In this document: in pieces, positions 39,962 through 50,134 of the stretch | Layout of the letters: every line of letters begins with the position of its first letter | Numbering within the stretch: position 1 is the stretch's first letter | Origin: Candidatus Gastranaerophilales bacterium | GTDB lineage: Bacteria; Cyanobacteriota; Vampirovibrionia; Gastranaerophilales; Gastranaerophilaceae | Direction: 5' to 3' | Assembly (NCBI GenBank): GCA_905236775.1 | Contig: CAJOOM010000175.1 | Location: forward strand, 1 to 63,245 | Length of the DNA: 63,245 nucleotides | Position numbers and translations under genes: made by a program | The notes under the pieces: model-generated | The model's database searches: none | What the model was told of the DNA's origin: nothing | What the model saw: the letters and a program-made list of their open reading frames with translations, nothing else

Positions 39962-40863
39962 TAGAAAGTTGTTCCTCTTTCGTCTACAACTTGTTCAAAT
40001 TGTCTGAAGATATCATTTCCTACAAGTTGTTCCAACTGAGAACGTTTTTCAAAAAAGTTTCCTCTTGCTTTCACCTGTTCATCTACCGCATTACGATAAT
40101 AAGTATCTGTAATTAATATTACTTCTTTATTCTCTGCTTGCGCACGTTTATAATTTAGTTCTCTATCTTTAACCATTTTAGATGTCGTATCGTACAAAAT
40201 TCTTGCGGTCATGTAATCATAATAACAATCAACAACTTTTTGCTGCAATTCATCAACCTTTCTTACGAGTATAATCATGTCCGCATCAGTTACTTGAGTA
40301 TACTTGTAATTTAGTGCCTTGTTATCTTGTGACATAATACCTAATGTATTTCCACCAATTAGAGCTGCACTTGCAAGGGTAGGATTTCCTGTTCCTGCAC
40401 CTAAAAAAGTTGATAGTCCGGCGATAGTTGAAACAACTTTTCGTACAGCACTCTCATCCGGTTTATCTTTTTCAGGATTAGAAAGTTTATATATAGCAAA
40501 TTTGATTGTATCACTTCTCATTGCAGCACCTTGCCAAAGAAGTGACAAATCTTCCAACATATCGTTATAATCCATTTCTATAGATTTAGAAATTTCCATT
40601 GCCATGCTTTTTATACTTAAATCTGCATAAGTTAAATTTTCATTTTTTGCTTCTTTGATAGTTACCGGCTTAATATCCATATCAGGAGTAGATAAATCTA
40701 TTTGTGAACTTTTATCAACTTTCATTTCCGGAGTATCTGCCGTCCCAAACCTGTAAAAAATATCTTTTGGCTCTTTTATTTCATTTAATTCTATTGCTTG
40801 AACCGACAATAAATTAATAACTAACAATCCAAGAAAAGCAGAAAGAATTTTATTTTTTATCAT
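39961..40863 (-). CDS. Exported helical hypothetical protein (paralog of the upstream gene)
   Basis: Signal peptide from ATG 40863 after SD AGGAG. Confidence 0.7.
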   Translation of the reverse strand: MIKNKILSAFLGLLVINLLSVQAIELNEIKEPKDIFYRFGTADTPEMKVDKSSQIDLSTPDMDIKPVTIKEAKNENLTYADLSIKSMAMEISKSIEMDYNDMLEDLSLLWQGAAMRSDTIKFAIYKLSNPEKDKPDESAVRKVVSTIAGLSTFLGAGTGNPTLASAALIGGNTLGIMSQDNKALNYKYTQVTDADMIILVRKVDELQQKVVDCYYDYMTARILYDTTSKMVKDRELNYKRAQAENKEVILITDTYYRNAVDEQVKARGNFFEKRSQLEQLVGNDIFRQFEQVVDERGTTF

Positions 40864-41740
40864 CAATATTTTCTCCTTTCTGTTTTTTCTCTTCTTTTGA
40901 ATTTTTTGTTTTAGGAGATTCTTTATATAAAAGAGAGTCAAAGTCGTATTGATAAAGCTCTAAAGAATCAACCGCTTTTTTCCCTGCAAGTCGTTGCAGT
41001 TGTATATGATATTTTTTAGCAGACTGCTCCAAATTTAGTTCTCTTAAGCGCATTGAATCGTACAAAGATGAGTTAATAGCAATTTCTAATATCTCTCCTT
41101 TATCAATCGCACTTGAATAATTTTTACTGTATAAAAGCATTTTTGAACGGGTATCTTTTAAAAGGCTTAAAGTGTTTTTGTAGTTGTAATAAGAACTAAT
41201 CAATGAATCCTGCAAAGCTTCTACCATGCCGGCAAGTTCAATCAATTCAGTATCGGTTAGAGGAGTTTCTTTTGGTAAATTCTTTTTGTTTATAAGTCCT
41301 TGAGCTAATCTTCCCGCAGAAAATGCAGCGGTTTGTAATCCATAATTTGAGCCCATCAAACTTGGAATAAATGAAGCTCCGGATATTATTGCGGAAACAG
41401 TTTTTGCCATCAAAGAAGAATGTATTCTTTGTTGAGATTCCGGAGTAACCAGTTTTTTCAAAGCAAACTCAATAACTTGGTTATTTTCAACCGTACCTTT
41501 CCATAAAATTTCTAAATCTTTACCATCATGCTCTTTTTGCTTATCAATTAATGCTGCTAAATCCTCAGAATTATTGATTAAAAGCGAACTGTTAAGGTTT
41601 TGAGTATTATCTTGCAGTTCAAGCTGAGGTTTTTCAATATCACTCTTATCAAGTGTAACAACAGAACCGCCGACAGAAGAAAATGCAGACGGCATTGCTA
41701 ACAGTGATAAAATTAAACATACTCCGCAAAACTTTTTCAT
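40850..41740 (-). CDS. Exported helical hypothetical protein
   Basis: Signal peptide; shares LWxG...IxFAxxKLxxPE with its neighbour. Confidence 0.75.
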   Translation of the reverse strand: MKKFCGVCLILSLLAMPSAFSSVGGSVVTLDKSDIEKPQLELQDNTQNLNSSLLINNSEDLAALIDKQKEHDGKDLEILWKGTVENNQVIEFALKKLVTPESQQRIHSSLMAKTVSAIISGASFIPSLMGSNYGLQTAAFSAGRLAQGLINKKNLPKETPLTDTELIELAGMVEALQDSLISSYYNYKNTLSLLKDTRSKMLLYSKNYSSAIDKGEILEIAINSSLYDSMRLRELNLEQSAKKYHIQLQRLAGKKAVDSLELYQYDFDSLLYKESPKTKNSKEEKKQKGENIDDKK

Positions 41741-41975
41741 AATATATTTATACCTTAAATGTATAAAACATTCAAACTAAAAATTTTAACTTAAGCTTTT
41801 TCGGTAAAGTAACTATGTTATAAAACCGCTTCACAAAATATATTTTTTTAAACTTTTTCAAAACACCTATTGTCATATTTGAAATTTTGTAAAAGTGCGA
41901 ATAGCACTTGCAACAAAATCCGGAGACACGTTTAACGCGAACAGATCAAGACGGCGAGCATAATTGATTAAATAT

Positions 41976-42004
41976 AAATAGGATAATTTTTAGTTATCCT
42001 ATTT
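41976..42004 (-). terminator. Probable intrinsic terminator
   Basis: AAATAGGATAA-N7-TTATCCTATTT downstream of the 42045 gene. Confidence 0.55.
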
Positions 42005-42044
42005 TTATTCCCTTTCATATGTAACACACACTATATATAGCCAA

Positions 42045-42602
42045 TTAGGATTCTTTATCATCTAAGTAGCGGTAATCCATTATACTGCCTTCGTATTTGT
42101 CACTGGAATCACTGCCATAAAAAATAGACATATTATTTACTACTCTGTTAATATCTTCAATTTTCTGTTTTTCTATTCTTGAATTAACTCCGTAAGCATT
42201 AATTTCTTGATTTGTAACTCTGCCATCATGATTAGAGTCTATATCATCAAAATGTGAAAGAACTGTTTCTTGTAGACTGTTTGTCATGCCGTTTGCAGCA
42301 CCTAAAGTCATGATTTGTTCTCTTGTTAAGCCTTGAGTGGCAATATTGTTCATATATGCTTGAACTTCATCTGCTGTAATTTTACCATCACCATTTTTAT
42401 CAACATTATTAAAATTTGTAGTTAAATAAGATGCAAAAGTCGAACCTAGTGAAGTATTCGTTATATTCGTATTTGTAAGTGACTTATTTAAATTTTCTAA
42501 AGTAACACCATCTTTATATTGATTTGAAATTAATGAAAAAGTACTATTTAACCCTGAATTAATACCGGTAAAAAGAGATGAACCATCTAATCGTTTACTC
42601 AT
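42045..42602 (-). CDS. EF-hand domain protein
   Basis: DKNGDGKITADE and DSNHDGRVTNQE. Confidence 0.85.
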   Translation of the reverse strand: MSKRLDGSSLFTGINSGLNSTFSLISNQYKDGVTLENLNKSLTNTNITNTSLGSTFASYLTTNFNNVDKNGDGKITADEVQAYMNNIATQGLTREQIMTLGAANGMTNSLQETVLSHFDDIDSNHDGRVTNQEINAYGVNSRIEKQKIEDINRVVNNMSIFYGSDSSDKYEGSIMDYRYLDDKES

Positions 42603-42706
42603 ACTATCTCCTAATTTTAATTCTATATCTACAGTTTAATAATACTTTTAAAAAAGTCAAACCTCTAAATGTATGAGATTTATAATTACTTTTTCCGCAC
42701 ACTTCT

Positions 42707-42770
42707 TTTGTAAAAAAATGTAACAAAAGAAAAAAAGTTTGAAATTAAGATGACAAAAATGTTTTTATAT
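42707..42770 (+). promoter_or_regulatory. HLR1-like box plus GAAATT-N16-TTTTATAT promoter
   Basis: Reverse complement GTTACATT-TT-TTTACAAA; same spacing as the 9952 site. Confidence 0.55.
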
Positions 42771-42796
42771 ACATGTAAGATAATAAAGAGAGCCAA

Positions 42797-43084
42797 ATGA
42801 ATAATCAATCTCAAAAAAATACTACAGTTGAATACAAAAATCCTTTCACGATTGCATCAGAAGTAAGCATGCTTGTAAATGCTGCAAAGGAATGTGAGGA
42901 TAATGAAGTATATGAAGAAGAACCAGTAGGATTCTGGGCTAATTTTATAAGTTTAGTCAAGCCAAAAAATAAGAGTAATCATGAAAAACTTAAAGAAACA
43001 TATCAAGATGTTAAAAAAATGGCTGATTCATACATAAATGAAGATTTTGAAGCACGCGATTATATAAAAAAATTTACGATATAA
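42797..43084 (+). CDS. Hypothetical protein
   Basis: 95-aa ORF behind the conserved promoter. Confidence 0.65.
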   Translation: MNNQSQKNTTVEYKNPFTIASEVSMLVNAAKECEDNEVYEEEPVGFWANFISLVKPKNKSNHEKLKETYQDVKKMADSYINEDFEARDYIKKFTI

Positions 43085-43146
43085 AAGATAAGTAGTTAGT
43101 TTAAAATACATTCTCGTAAGTTCGGTTCTATGCTATAATCTAGTAT

Positions 43147-44379
43147 ATGGAAAATGATATAGAATCATTACAAACAATTTTGAAAGATGATCCGTCAAAT
43201 TTTCAAGCAAGGCGTGAGCTGTCAATTCTGCTTGTAAATCAAGGATTTAATGAAGAGGCTGAACAAAACTTTGAATATCTTTGTAATTACTTTCCGGATG
43301 ATGCAGAATTGCATTACAACTTAGGAATTGTATATGAAAAATTAAAAAAATTTGAAAAGGCAAAAGAAGAATATAAAAAAGCAATAGAACTTTCTCCGCA
43401 AGAAGATTTTTATTATAACCTTGGCGAAGTTTTTATAGAACTTCAGGATTGGGATAACGCAGAAGAGTGTTTTAGAAAGGTTTTAACAACAGATCCAAAT
43501 GATGGCAATTGTTATTTTAACATTGGACTTTGTGATTATAACAGAAACGAAAAAAATAAAGCTCTCGATAATTTCCAAAAAGCCGTATCAATTAATCCAA
43601 AAGATATATATGCATATTTTTATATTGGATACATTTACCAAGATGAAGGTCTTACAAATTTTGCTGAAGAAAATTACAAAAAAATATTGGAAATCTCTCC
43701 GGATTACAGTTGGGCATATTTTAATCTTGGCTCAATTGCTTTCAAAAACGGAAATGACGAAGAAGCTAAAGAGTACTTAAAAAAAACTATACAATATAAT
43801 TCGGCAGATATAGAAGCTTACAAACTGCTCGTAAAAATATGTCTTAAAAATAATGAAACAGAAGAAGTTTTAGAACTTTTACATACTGCTTTAAATACAG
43901 AACCAAATGGAGATTTATACTATTGTTTAGCGAGAGTATACAAATTTATAGGAAATATGAACGAATATTATAAATCACTAAAGTCTGCATTAGAAAATCC
44001 ATATACACTTTCTTATTCAAAAAAAGCCGTAAAACAGGAACTTGAATACGTTGCAGCGCAGATAGATATCAACAAAGAAACCGAGCCGGAACGTGTTATA
44101 GAAGAATATGAAAGTTCGGATGAATTTGAAAGCGAAGAAAATAATGAAGACTTTGAAGTAGATAACGAAGAAAACGATAACGAAGAAGATAATTATGACA
44201 ATTATAATGAGGATGAACAATATGATGAAGATGAAGAATTCGGAGAATATTATGATTCTGATGAATCCGGAGAATCTGATGAGAACGAAGATGATTATGA
44301 AACCGACTCAGAATATGATGACGAAGAATTTGAAGACAACACCGAAGATTATAATGACGGTGAAACATTAAGAGAATAA
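43147..44379 (+). CDS. TPR protein with acidic C-terminal tail
   Basis: Repeated YxNLG TPRs; D/E-rich final about 95 aa. Confidence 0.85.
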   Translation: MENDIESLQTILKDDPSNFQARRELSILLVNQGFNEEAEQNFEYLCNYFPDDAELHYNLGIVYEKLKKFEKAKEEYKKAIELSPQEDFYYNLGEVFIELQDWDNAEECFRKVLTTDPNDGNCYFNIGLCDYNRNEKNKALDNFQKAVSINPKDIYAYFYIGYIYQDEGLTNFAEENYKKILEISPDYSWAYFNLGSIAFKNGNDEEAKEYLKKTIQYNSADIEAYKLLVKICLKNNETEEVLELLHTALNTEPNGDLYYCLARVYKFIGNMNEYYKSLKSALENPYTLSYSKKAVKQELEYVAAQIDINKETEPERVIEEYESSDEFESEENNEDFEVDNEENDNEEDNYDNYNEDEQYDEDEEFGEYYDSDESGESDENEDDYETDSEYDDEEFEDNTEDYNDGETLRE

Positions 44380-44461
44380 TTGATAATTTATTCAGTATAT
44401 AATAATTGTAACAATTTACTATTAGATTGTTTTTTCTCGAAAGGTAAAATATAATACATAT

Positions 44462-45070
44462 ATGGACTTAATACAGGAAAATCAAAAATTAAGTATAAAT
44501 ATTCAAAAAGACGACAAACTAGTAGAGATAGTATGTACTATTAACAAAGTACTTGATGACAGGCTCATTCTGGAACTTCCGCCATATTTTATGCGTTATA
44601 TTGAATTTTTGGATTCCGGTGAAACTGTCATGGCAAAGGTATTTTCTAAAATGGGTACGATAGATTTTAATGCTGTCATTATAAAATCACCACTTGAAGA
44701 TGAGTTTGAAATAGAGCTTGATTATAATGCTTTAAAATTTAATTTAGATGAGGAATTTCCTGTAATTAAAGTACTTAGGAACCTTAAAATCACATACAAT
44801 GAAGAAAGTTTTATTGCAAAAACATTAGAGATATCTCCGTCAAATATTAAATTTTATAGTGATAAAATATTTAATGTTGATGATAATTTAAAATGTGAAT
44901 TAATTTTGCCGGAAGATTATGGTACAATAAGTTTTAAGGGGACAGTTACAGAAGTTGATACGGAATATAATAATGAATATACAATGTCAGTATATAACTT
45001 AAATGAACAAGACAGAGAAACACTACTTTATTATATGTATGTATACACAAACAATTCTGATCAGGAATAA
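44462..45070 (+). CDS. YcgR/PilZ-like protein (degenerate)
   Basis: Two-barrel layout; EISPSNIKF at the DxSxxG position; LNEQDRETLLYY C-terminal helix. Confidence 0.55.
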   Translation: MDLIQENQKLSINIQKDDKLVEIVCTINKVLDDRLILELPPYFMRYIEFLDSGETVMAKVFSKMGTIDFNAVIIKSPLEDEFEIELDYNALKFNLDEEFPVIKVLRNLKITYNEESFIAKTLEISPSNIKFYSDKIFNVDDNLKCELILPEDYGTISFKGTVTEVDTEYNNEYTMSVYNLNEQDRETLLYYMYVYTNNSDQE

Positions 45071-45072
45071 AA

Positions 45073-46662
45073 ATGAAAAAATCAATAGAAGAAGAAAAAG
45101 AAAACAGACAATTAAAGAACAAAATGTATGTCCAATTAGAGAGATGTAAAAAGGACTTGCAAAAAGACCCGTCCAATCCGGCACTCCACGTAAGAATGGG
45201 TGATTTATATATGAAATCGCATCTTGATATTCACAATTCCGGACAATACATAGATGAAGCTATTACTGAATATCAGCTTGCAATGGAATCTTTATTAGAT
45301 TCTCATGAGATTTTTTACAAACTTGGATATGCCTTTTACTACAAAGGCGAACTAGACAAAGCTATAAACTATTTTACAACCGCTTTAGAAAAGAAAAACA
45401 GATTTTATGAAGCTTACTATATGTTAGCGGAAGCTTTTGTAAAAAAAGCTCACTTTACAGATGCGATAGATGCATGCGAAGCTGCAATTCAATGTTCAAG
45501 ATTTGGTTCTTCAAGTGCTCATTATTTACTTTATAAATTATATAGCGCTTTATCATACAGAGACTTTAAAACAAAAGTAAAAGCGATTATTGAAAAAATC
45601 AAAGCAATAATTCTAGCGCCTTTTGACAAAAATGCAATTCATGATATATTCACAAATTTGTCATATTTGAGATTTTTACCTTTGTTTTTAAAAGCTTTTT
45701 ATGCAATCCAAATGAAAAATTACGGTCATGCCATAGAGCTTTATAAGGAAGCTATAGAAACTATCCCCGGATTTGCACCGCTTTATTGTGTTCTGGGTGA
45801 TATATACTTATCAACAGGATATTTTGAAGATGCTATTACTGAATATAAAATGACAATATGGCTTGATCCTTTTAATGTAGCTGCGCACAGACATTTATGC
45901 AGAGCATATGAAGAACAAGGAGATTATAATAAAGCTATAGAGATTTATAATAAATTAATTTCCATGGCACCAAATATTCCTGATTTATACTCAAATCTGG
46001 CAAATATTTATTATATTAAAGGTGAATTTGATTTAGCAATTTCAAATTATCAAGCAGCTATAACTCTAAATCCAAATCCTTCGTGGACAAGCATTATTGC
46101 GCAAACACTAGGATTTGTGTTTCAAGAAAATAAATCCGACCCCGATGCTGCAATTTCTGCTTACCAAACAGCTTATGTATTAACACCGGAAGATATTGAT
46201 ATATATATTAATCTTGGTAGTGCTTTTTATGACAAAGAAGACTACGATAATGCTCTCGGAATATATCGTCAAGCACTTGAATTTCAGCCTCATAATGCAA
46301 AAATTCATTGTAATTTAGGATTTTTGTACTGGGGAAAAGGCGACTCAGAAGAAGCTATGAAATCTTATGAACTTGCAATTAAGTATAATGAAAATTATGA
46401 TATTGCGTATAATAACTTAGGTGTTATATATCTTGACGATTTAGGAAGAGTAAAAAAAGCAATAGAATTATTTAAAAAAGCTGTTGAAACAAATCCAAAT
46501 TACGCACTTGCACATTTTAATCTGGCAAGAGCAATATCAATTATCGGTGATAAAGTAGAGGCTGCAAAATTATATCAAATGGCTCAAGATATAAATAAAA
46601 TTACTCAAGAAATTGATCCAAAAGATATAGCAGATAAAATAAGCGAACTCTTTGAATCTTAA
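45073..46662 (+). CDS. TPR protein
   Basis: Many TPR repeats. Confidence 0.9.
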   Translation: MKKSIEEEKENRQLKNKMYVQLERCKKDLQKDPSNPALHVRMGDLYMKSHLDIHNSGQYIDEAITEYQLAMESLLDSHEIFYKLGYAFYYKGELDKAINYFTTALEKKNRFYEAYYMLAEAFVKKAHFTDAIDACEAAIQCSRFGSSSAHYLLYKLYSALSYRDFKTKVKAIIEKIKAIILAPFDKNAIHDIFTNLSYLRFLPLFLKAFYAIQMKNYGHAIELYKEAIETIPGFAPLYCVLGDIYLSTGYFEDAITEYKMTIWLDPFNVAAHRHLCRAYEEQGDYNKAIEIYNKLISMAPNIPDLYSNLANIYYIKGEFDLAISNYQAAITLNPNPSWTSIIAQTLGFVFQENKSDPDAAISAYQTAYVLTPEDIDIYINLGSAFYDKEDYDNALGIYRQALEFQPHNAKIHCNLGFLYWGKGDSEEAMKSYELAIKYNENYDIAYNNLGVIYLDDLGRVKKAIELFKKAVETNPNYALAHFNLARAISIIGDKVEAAKLYQMAQDINKITQEIDPKDIADKISELFES

Positions 46663-47644
46663 GTCTATGAAGTATAAAAATCTTACCGAAGAACAATTAA
46701 AAATATCTTTTGATAGATTAACCCGCTTTAAATTTACGAAAGACAAGTATTTTCGTGTTTTTTCGGAAATTATTCTTTCAAATTTATCTGAACCTGTTTT
46801 CAAAAAAACAGAATTAGCTAAAATATCTGCAAAGGAGTTAACTTCTTATGCTGAGATGATTATTAACAATTCATTATATGATTTATTTCCTAAATTTGAC
46901 CAGCAAGCGGATAAAAATATAAATAATATTATAAAAGAATACGAGAATTCAATATTTGTAAATAGCACAGAAACTAAAGAATATTTGAATAATTCTATAA
47001 ATTATACTTTGGCAATTAATTTGATAGATGAAGCTTCTCCTATTAATTTGCGTTGGTTAAAAACGGTGTCAAAAGGCGGAGATTTGAAAATTCTAAGAGA
47101 AAAAAACGGATTAAAATTTCCTATAGAAAAAGTATTGCTGGTTGAGGGAATAACTGAAGAAATTTTGTTACCGGCTTTTTCAAAATATCTTGGATATGAT
47201 TTTTATAAGAAAGGTATTCAGATTATTCCTGCCGGAGGTAAAAATCAAGTTGTTAAATTGTATTATGAACTTTCTGAAGAATTAAAAATTCCGATTTTTG
47301 TTTTATTAGACAGAGATGCTTTAGAGAATATCTCCCAAATCCAACCTCGTCTAAGACCAATTGATAAAATTCACCTTGTAACATGCGGAGAATTTGAAGA
47401 TTTATTACCAAGAGAATTAATATTAAAAACTGTTAATAACGAATTAAATAATTTTACATCCGTAAGTGATATTGATTTTGACAATTCATTATCTAATGCT
47501 AAAAATTTAGAAAATATTTTTAAGACAAAGGGTTTACATGAATTTAAAAAAGCAGACTTTGCTAAACTTGTAAGGGATAATATATCACAAGATTCTGATA
47601 TTTCTGAAGAAATAAAATTAATCGTAAAAGAACTAAGAACATAA
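46652..47644 (+). CDS. OLD-family TOPRIM-domain protein without ATPase
   Basis: LLVEGITEE, AGGK, LLDRD, EFEDLL; no Walker A. Confidence 0.7.
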   Translation: MNLKSMKYKNLTEEQLKISFDRLTRFKFTKDKYFRVFSEIILSNLSEPVFKKTELAKISAKELTSYAEMIINNSLYDLFPKFDQQADKNINNIIKEYENSIFVNSTETKEYLNNSINYTLAINLIDEASPINLRWLKTVSKGGDLKILREKNGLKFPIEKVLLVEGITEEILLPAFSKYLGYDFYKKGIQIIPAGGKNQVVKLYYELSEELKIPIFVLLDRDALENISQIQPRLRPIDKIHLVTCGEFEDLLPRELILKTVNNELNNFTSVSDIDFDNSLSNAKNLENIFKTKGLHEFKKADFAKLVRDNISQDSDISEEIKLIVKELRT

Positions 47645-47648
47645 TTAT

Positions 47649-48479
47649 TTATAATTCTGACAATTTAGCTTTTTCTTTTTCATCAAGTTCAAAAGATTCT
47701 TTTTCCGTTGGAAAACGTTCCGATTTAACTTCGTTTTTATATTCCTGAATTCCATTTAGCACTGTGTCGTGCAGATTCGCATATTTTTTTATAAATTTTG
47801 GAGTAAAATCTGTAAATTTACCCATGATGTCATCTGTTACAACAATCTGACCGGAACAATATTTTCCTGCTCCAATCCCTATAGTCGGAATTTTTAAGTT
47901 TTCTGTAATATATTTTGCACTATCTGCAGGCATAAGTTCTAATACAACTCCAAAACATCCGGCTTGTTCAAGTTTTTTTGCACTTTCCAAAATAATTTCT
48001 ATCTTATCAGATGTCTTACCTTGAATTTTATGTCCTCCAAGTGTATTCATAAGCTGCGGAGTAAATCCTAAATGACCAAGAACAGGAATACCGGATTCCG
48101 TACATCTTCTTATAAGAGTAAGTATATGTTCATTACATCCCTCAAGTTTTACAGCATTCGCACCGGCTTTTATCATTTTGCCTGCATTTTCCAAACCTTG
48201 TTCTACTGTCAAATTATAACTCATAAACGGCATGTCACCTATTATAAAAGAATTTTTTGCCCCTCGACTTACCGCTTTTATGAAAATTAACATCTCATCA
48301 ATTGTAATATTATAAGTATTTTCATATCCTAACGCAACCATAGCCAGTGAATCACCGACTAAAATACCATCAATTTCAGCCTTGTCGAGTACTTGAGCCG
48401 TAGAATAATCATAAGCCGTAAGCATTGCTATTTTTTCATTACTATCTTTAAGCCTTTGAAATGTTGAAATAGTTTTCAT
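47649..48479 (-). CDS. panB: 3-methyl-2-oxobutanoate hydroxymethyltransferase
   Basis: MLTAYD, LVGDS, GDMPF, VKLEG, IGIGAG. Confidence 0.97.
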   Translation of the reverse strand: MKTISTFQRLKDSNEKIAMLTAYDYSTAQVLDKAEIDGILVGDSLAMVALGYENTYNITIDEMLIFIKAVSRGAKNSFIIGDMPFMSYNLTVEQGLENAGKMIKAGANAVKLEGCNEHILTLIRRCTESGIPVLGHLGFTPQLMNTLGGHKIQGKTSDKIEIILESAKKLEQAGCFGVVLELMPADSAKYITENLKIPTIGIGAGKYCSGQIVVTDDIMGKFTDFTPKFIKKYANLHDTVLNGIQEYKNEVKSERFPTEKESFELDEKEKAKLSEL

Positions 48480-48499
48480 AATTACATTCCTTTGTAAAA

Positions 48500-48700
48500 T
48501 TATTTAGAACCTTTTGGTAAAAATTTTGCTTTTACAGCTTCAGTTAACTCAGAATTACTAACAACCTTATGAAAATTTCTTGTAGGTTCAGATGACATTT
48601 TTACTTCAATTCCGGAACCAATTCCATCTATAACTTTGTCAATATCTACTGTCTTTTTTGACAAAATCTTTTTTATCGGTGTATCTCCTATTTTAATCAT
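48500..48700 (-). CDS. Small hypothetical protein
   Basis: 66 aa; SD AAGGAG; lies in operon between yvcK and panB. Confidence 0.6.
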   Translation of the reverse strand: MIKIGDTPIKKILSKKTVDIDKVIDGIGSGIEVKMSSEPTRNFHKVVSNSELTEAVKAKFLPKGSK

Positions 48701-48724
48701 AATCTCACACTCCTTCTTCTGAGT

Positions 48725-50044
48725 TTATTTTCTCATTGTTTTTCTATACCAATAATGTATTGCTCTTGCTACTCGATTAGATGAATGTCTTACCAACCCT
48801 TGTTTATTTTCTTGAATAAGTTTTTGAGAAACTACTTCAACTCCGATTGGTGCTATATTTTCCATATCCAAACGAACAGGAATAGAGCCGGATTCAGCAT
48901 AACCTTTTGAAATATTATCCGGAAGAGCATTGTTTACAAGCACTGCGTCTATAATTTTTTTACCTTTTGCATGCTTTAATAGAGCATTAATATGGCTTGC
49001 AACAGTATAATCAGTTGTTTCTCCCGGTTGAGTCATAATATTACATACATATATTTTCTTAGCTTTTGATTTTTCTATTTCTTCTGCTATACCAACGACA
49101 AGAAGATTCGGTATAACACTTGTATATAGACTTCCCGGGCCAAGAATAATCAAATCAGCCTCTTTTATAGCATTCAAAGATTCCTCAAGAGCTTTACAAT
49201 TTGCAGGCTCTGTGAAAAGTTGTTTTATTTGCCCATGTGCTTCCGGTATATTAGACTCACCATGTATAATTCTTCCATCTTCAAATTGTGCACCAAGTTT
49301 CATATCATCTAATGTAGCAGGAAGAACCACACCTCTTATATTAAGTACTTTTGAAGATTCTTTTATAGCTTTTACCATATTTCCGGTAATAGCACATAAA
49401 GCTGTTAAAAATAAATTCCCAAAACTATGACCTTCAAGTCCTTCGCCGGTTTTGAATCTGTATTGAAAAAGTTCGGTAATTAAATCTTCATCATCGCCAA
49501 GGGCAGCAATACAGTTTCTTATATCACCTGGAGGCAAGATTCCCATTTCATTTCTTAATCTTCCCGAACTTCCGCCATCATCACCGACCGTTACAATTGC
49601 GGTTATGTTACTTGTATATTTTTTGATTCCCCTGAGCAGCATTGATAATCCTGTTCCACCGCCTATAGCAACGACTTTTGCGCCTTTGTTAAGTTTTCTT
49701 CTTCTATATAATTTTTCTAAAAGAGATGAATTTCCTTGAGCAGAATTCATATCCATAATTGATAAGGTTGTTTTTTGCCAACCTTTAAAAAATATAACAG
49801 AACCGATTAATATGAATATCGCAGCAAGAAAATTAGATGGCAAAATTAATGCGGCTTTTCTTATTAATTCAAGAGTCAAGTAAATAGGTCTTACGTTAGC
49901 CAGAACCATAAAGCCAAGAACTATCATGATTGAACCTAAAAATATCAAAGCAAACCAACGTTTTACTTCTAATCCCGGAATAAGCCAGCCAACTTCCTTT
50001 TTTACATTAACGTTTTCTTTTATTTCATCTATATTAAATGTCAT
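48725..50044 (-). CDS. yvcK: YvcK/CofD-like gluconeogenesis factor with N-terminal TM region
   Basis: GGGTGL, DDGGSSG, PPGDIRN, GHSFGN, GPGSLYTS. Confidence 0.9.
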   Translation of the reverse strand: MTFNIDEIKENVNVKKEVGWLIPGLEVKRWFALIFLGSIMIVLGFMVLANVRPIYLTLELIRKAALILPSNFLAAIFILIGSVIFFKGWQKTTLSIMDMNSAQGNSSLLEKLYRRRKLNKGAKVVAIGGGTGLSMLLRGIKKYTSNITAIVTVGDDGGSSGRLRNEMGILPPGDIRNCIAALGDDEDLITELFQYRFKTGEGLEGHSFGNLFLTALCAITGNMVKAIKESSKVLNIRGVVLPATLDDMKLGAQFEDGRIIHGESNIPEAHGQIKQLFTEPANCKALEESLNAIKEADLIILGPGSLYTSVIPNLLVVGIAEEIEKSKAKKIYVCNIMTQPGETTDYTVASHINALLKHAKGKKIIDAVLVNNALPDNISKGYAESGSIPVRLDMENIAPIGVEVVSQKLIQENKQGLVRHSSNRVARAIHYWYRKTMRK

Positions 50045-50050
50045 TTTCTT

Positions 50051-50134
50051 TAAGTGAATAAGTGAATAGGTGAATAAGTGAATAAGTGGTTTTAAAATTC
50101 TTATTAACTTATTAACTTTGCTCTTATTAACTTA
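50051..50134 (-). repeat. Octamer-repeat hairpin cassette between SD and ATG of yvcK
   Basis: 84 bp, TAAG...CTTA ends; second copy of the flgB cassette. Confidence 0.85.

Noticed and set aside
44096-44368. His/Arg/Leu-rich 90-aa ORF
   Set aside because: Antisense mirror of the GAA/GAT-rich acidic tail
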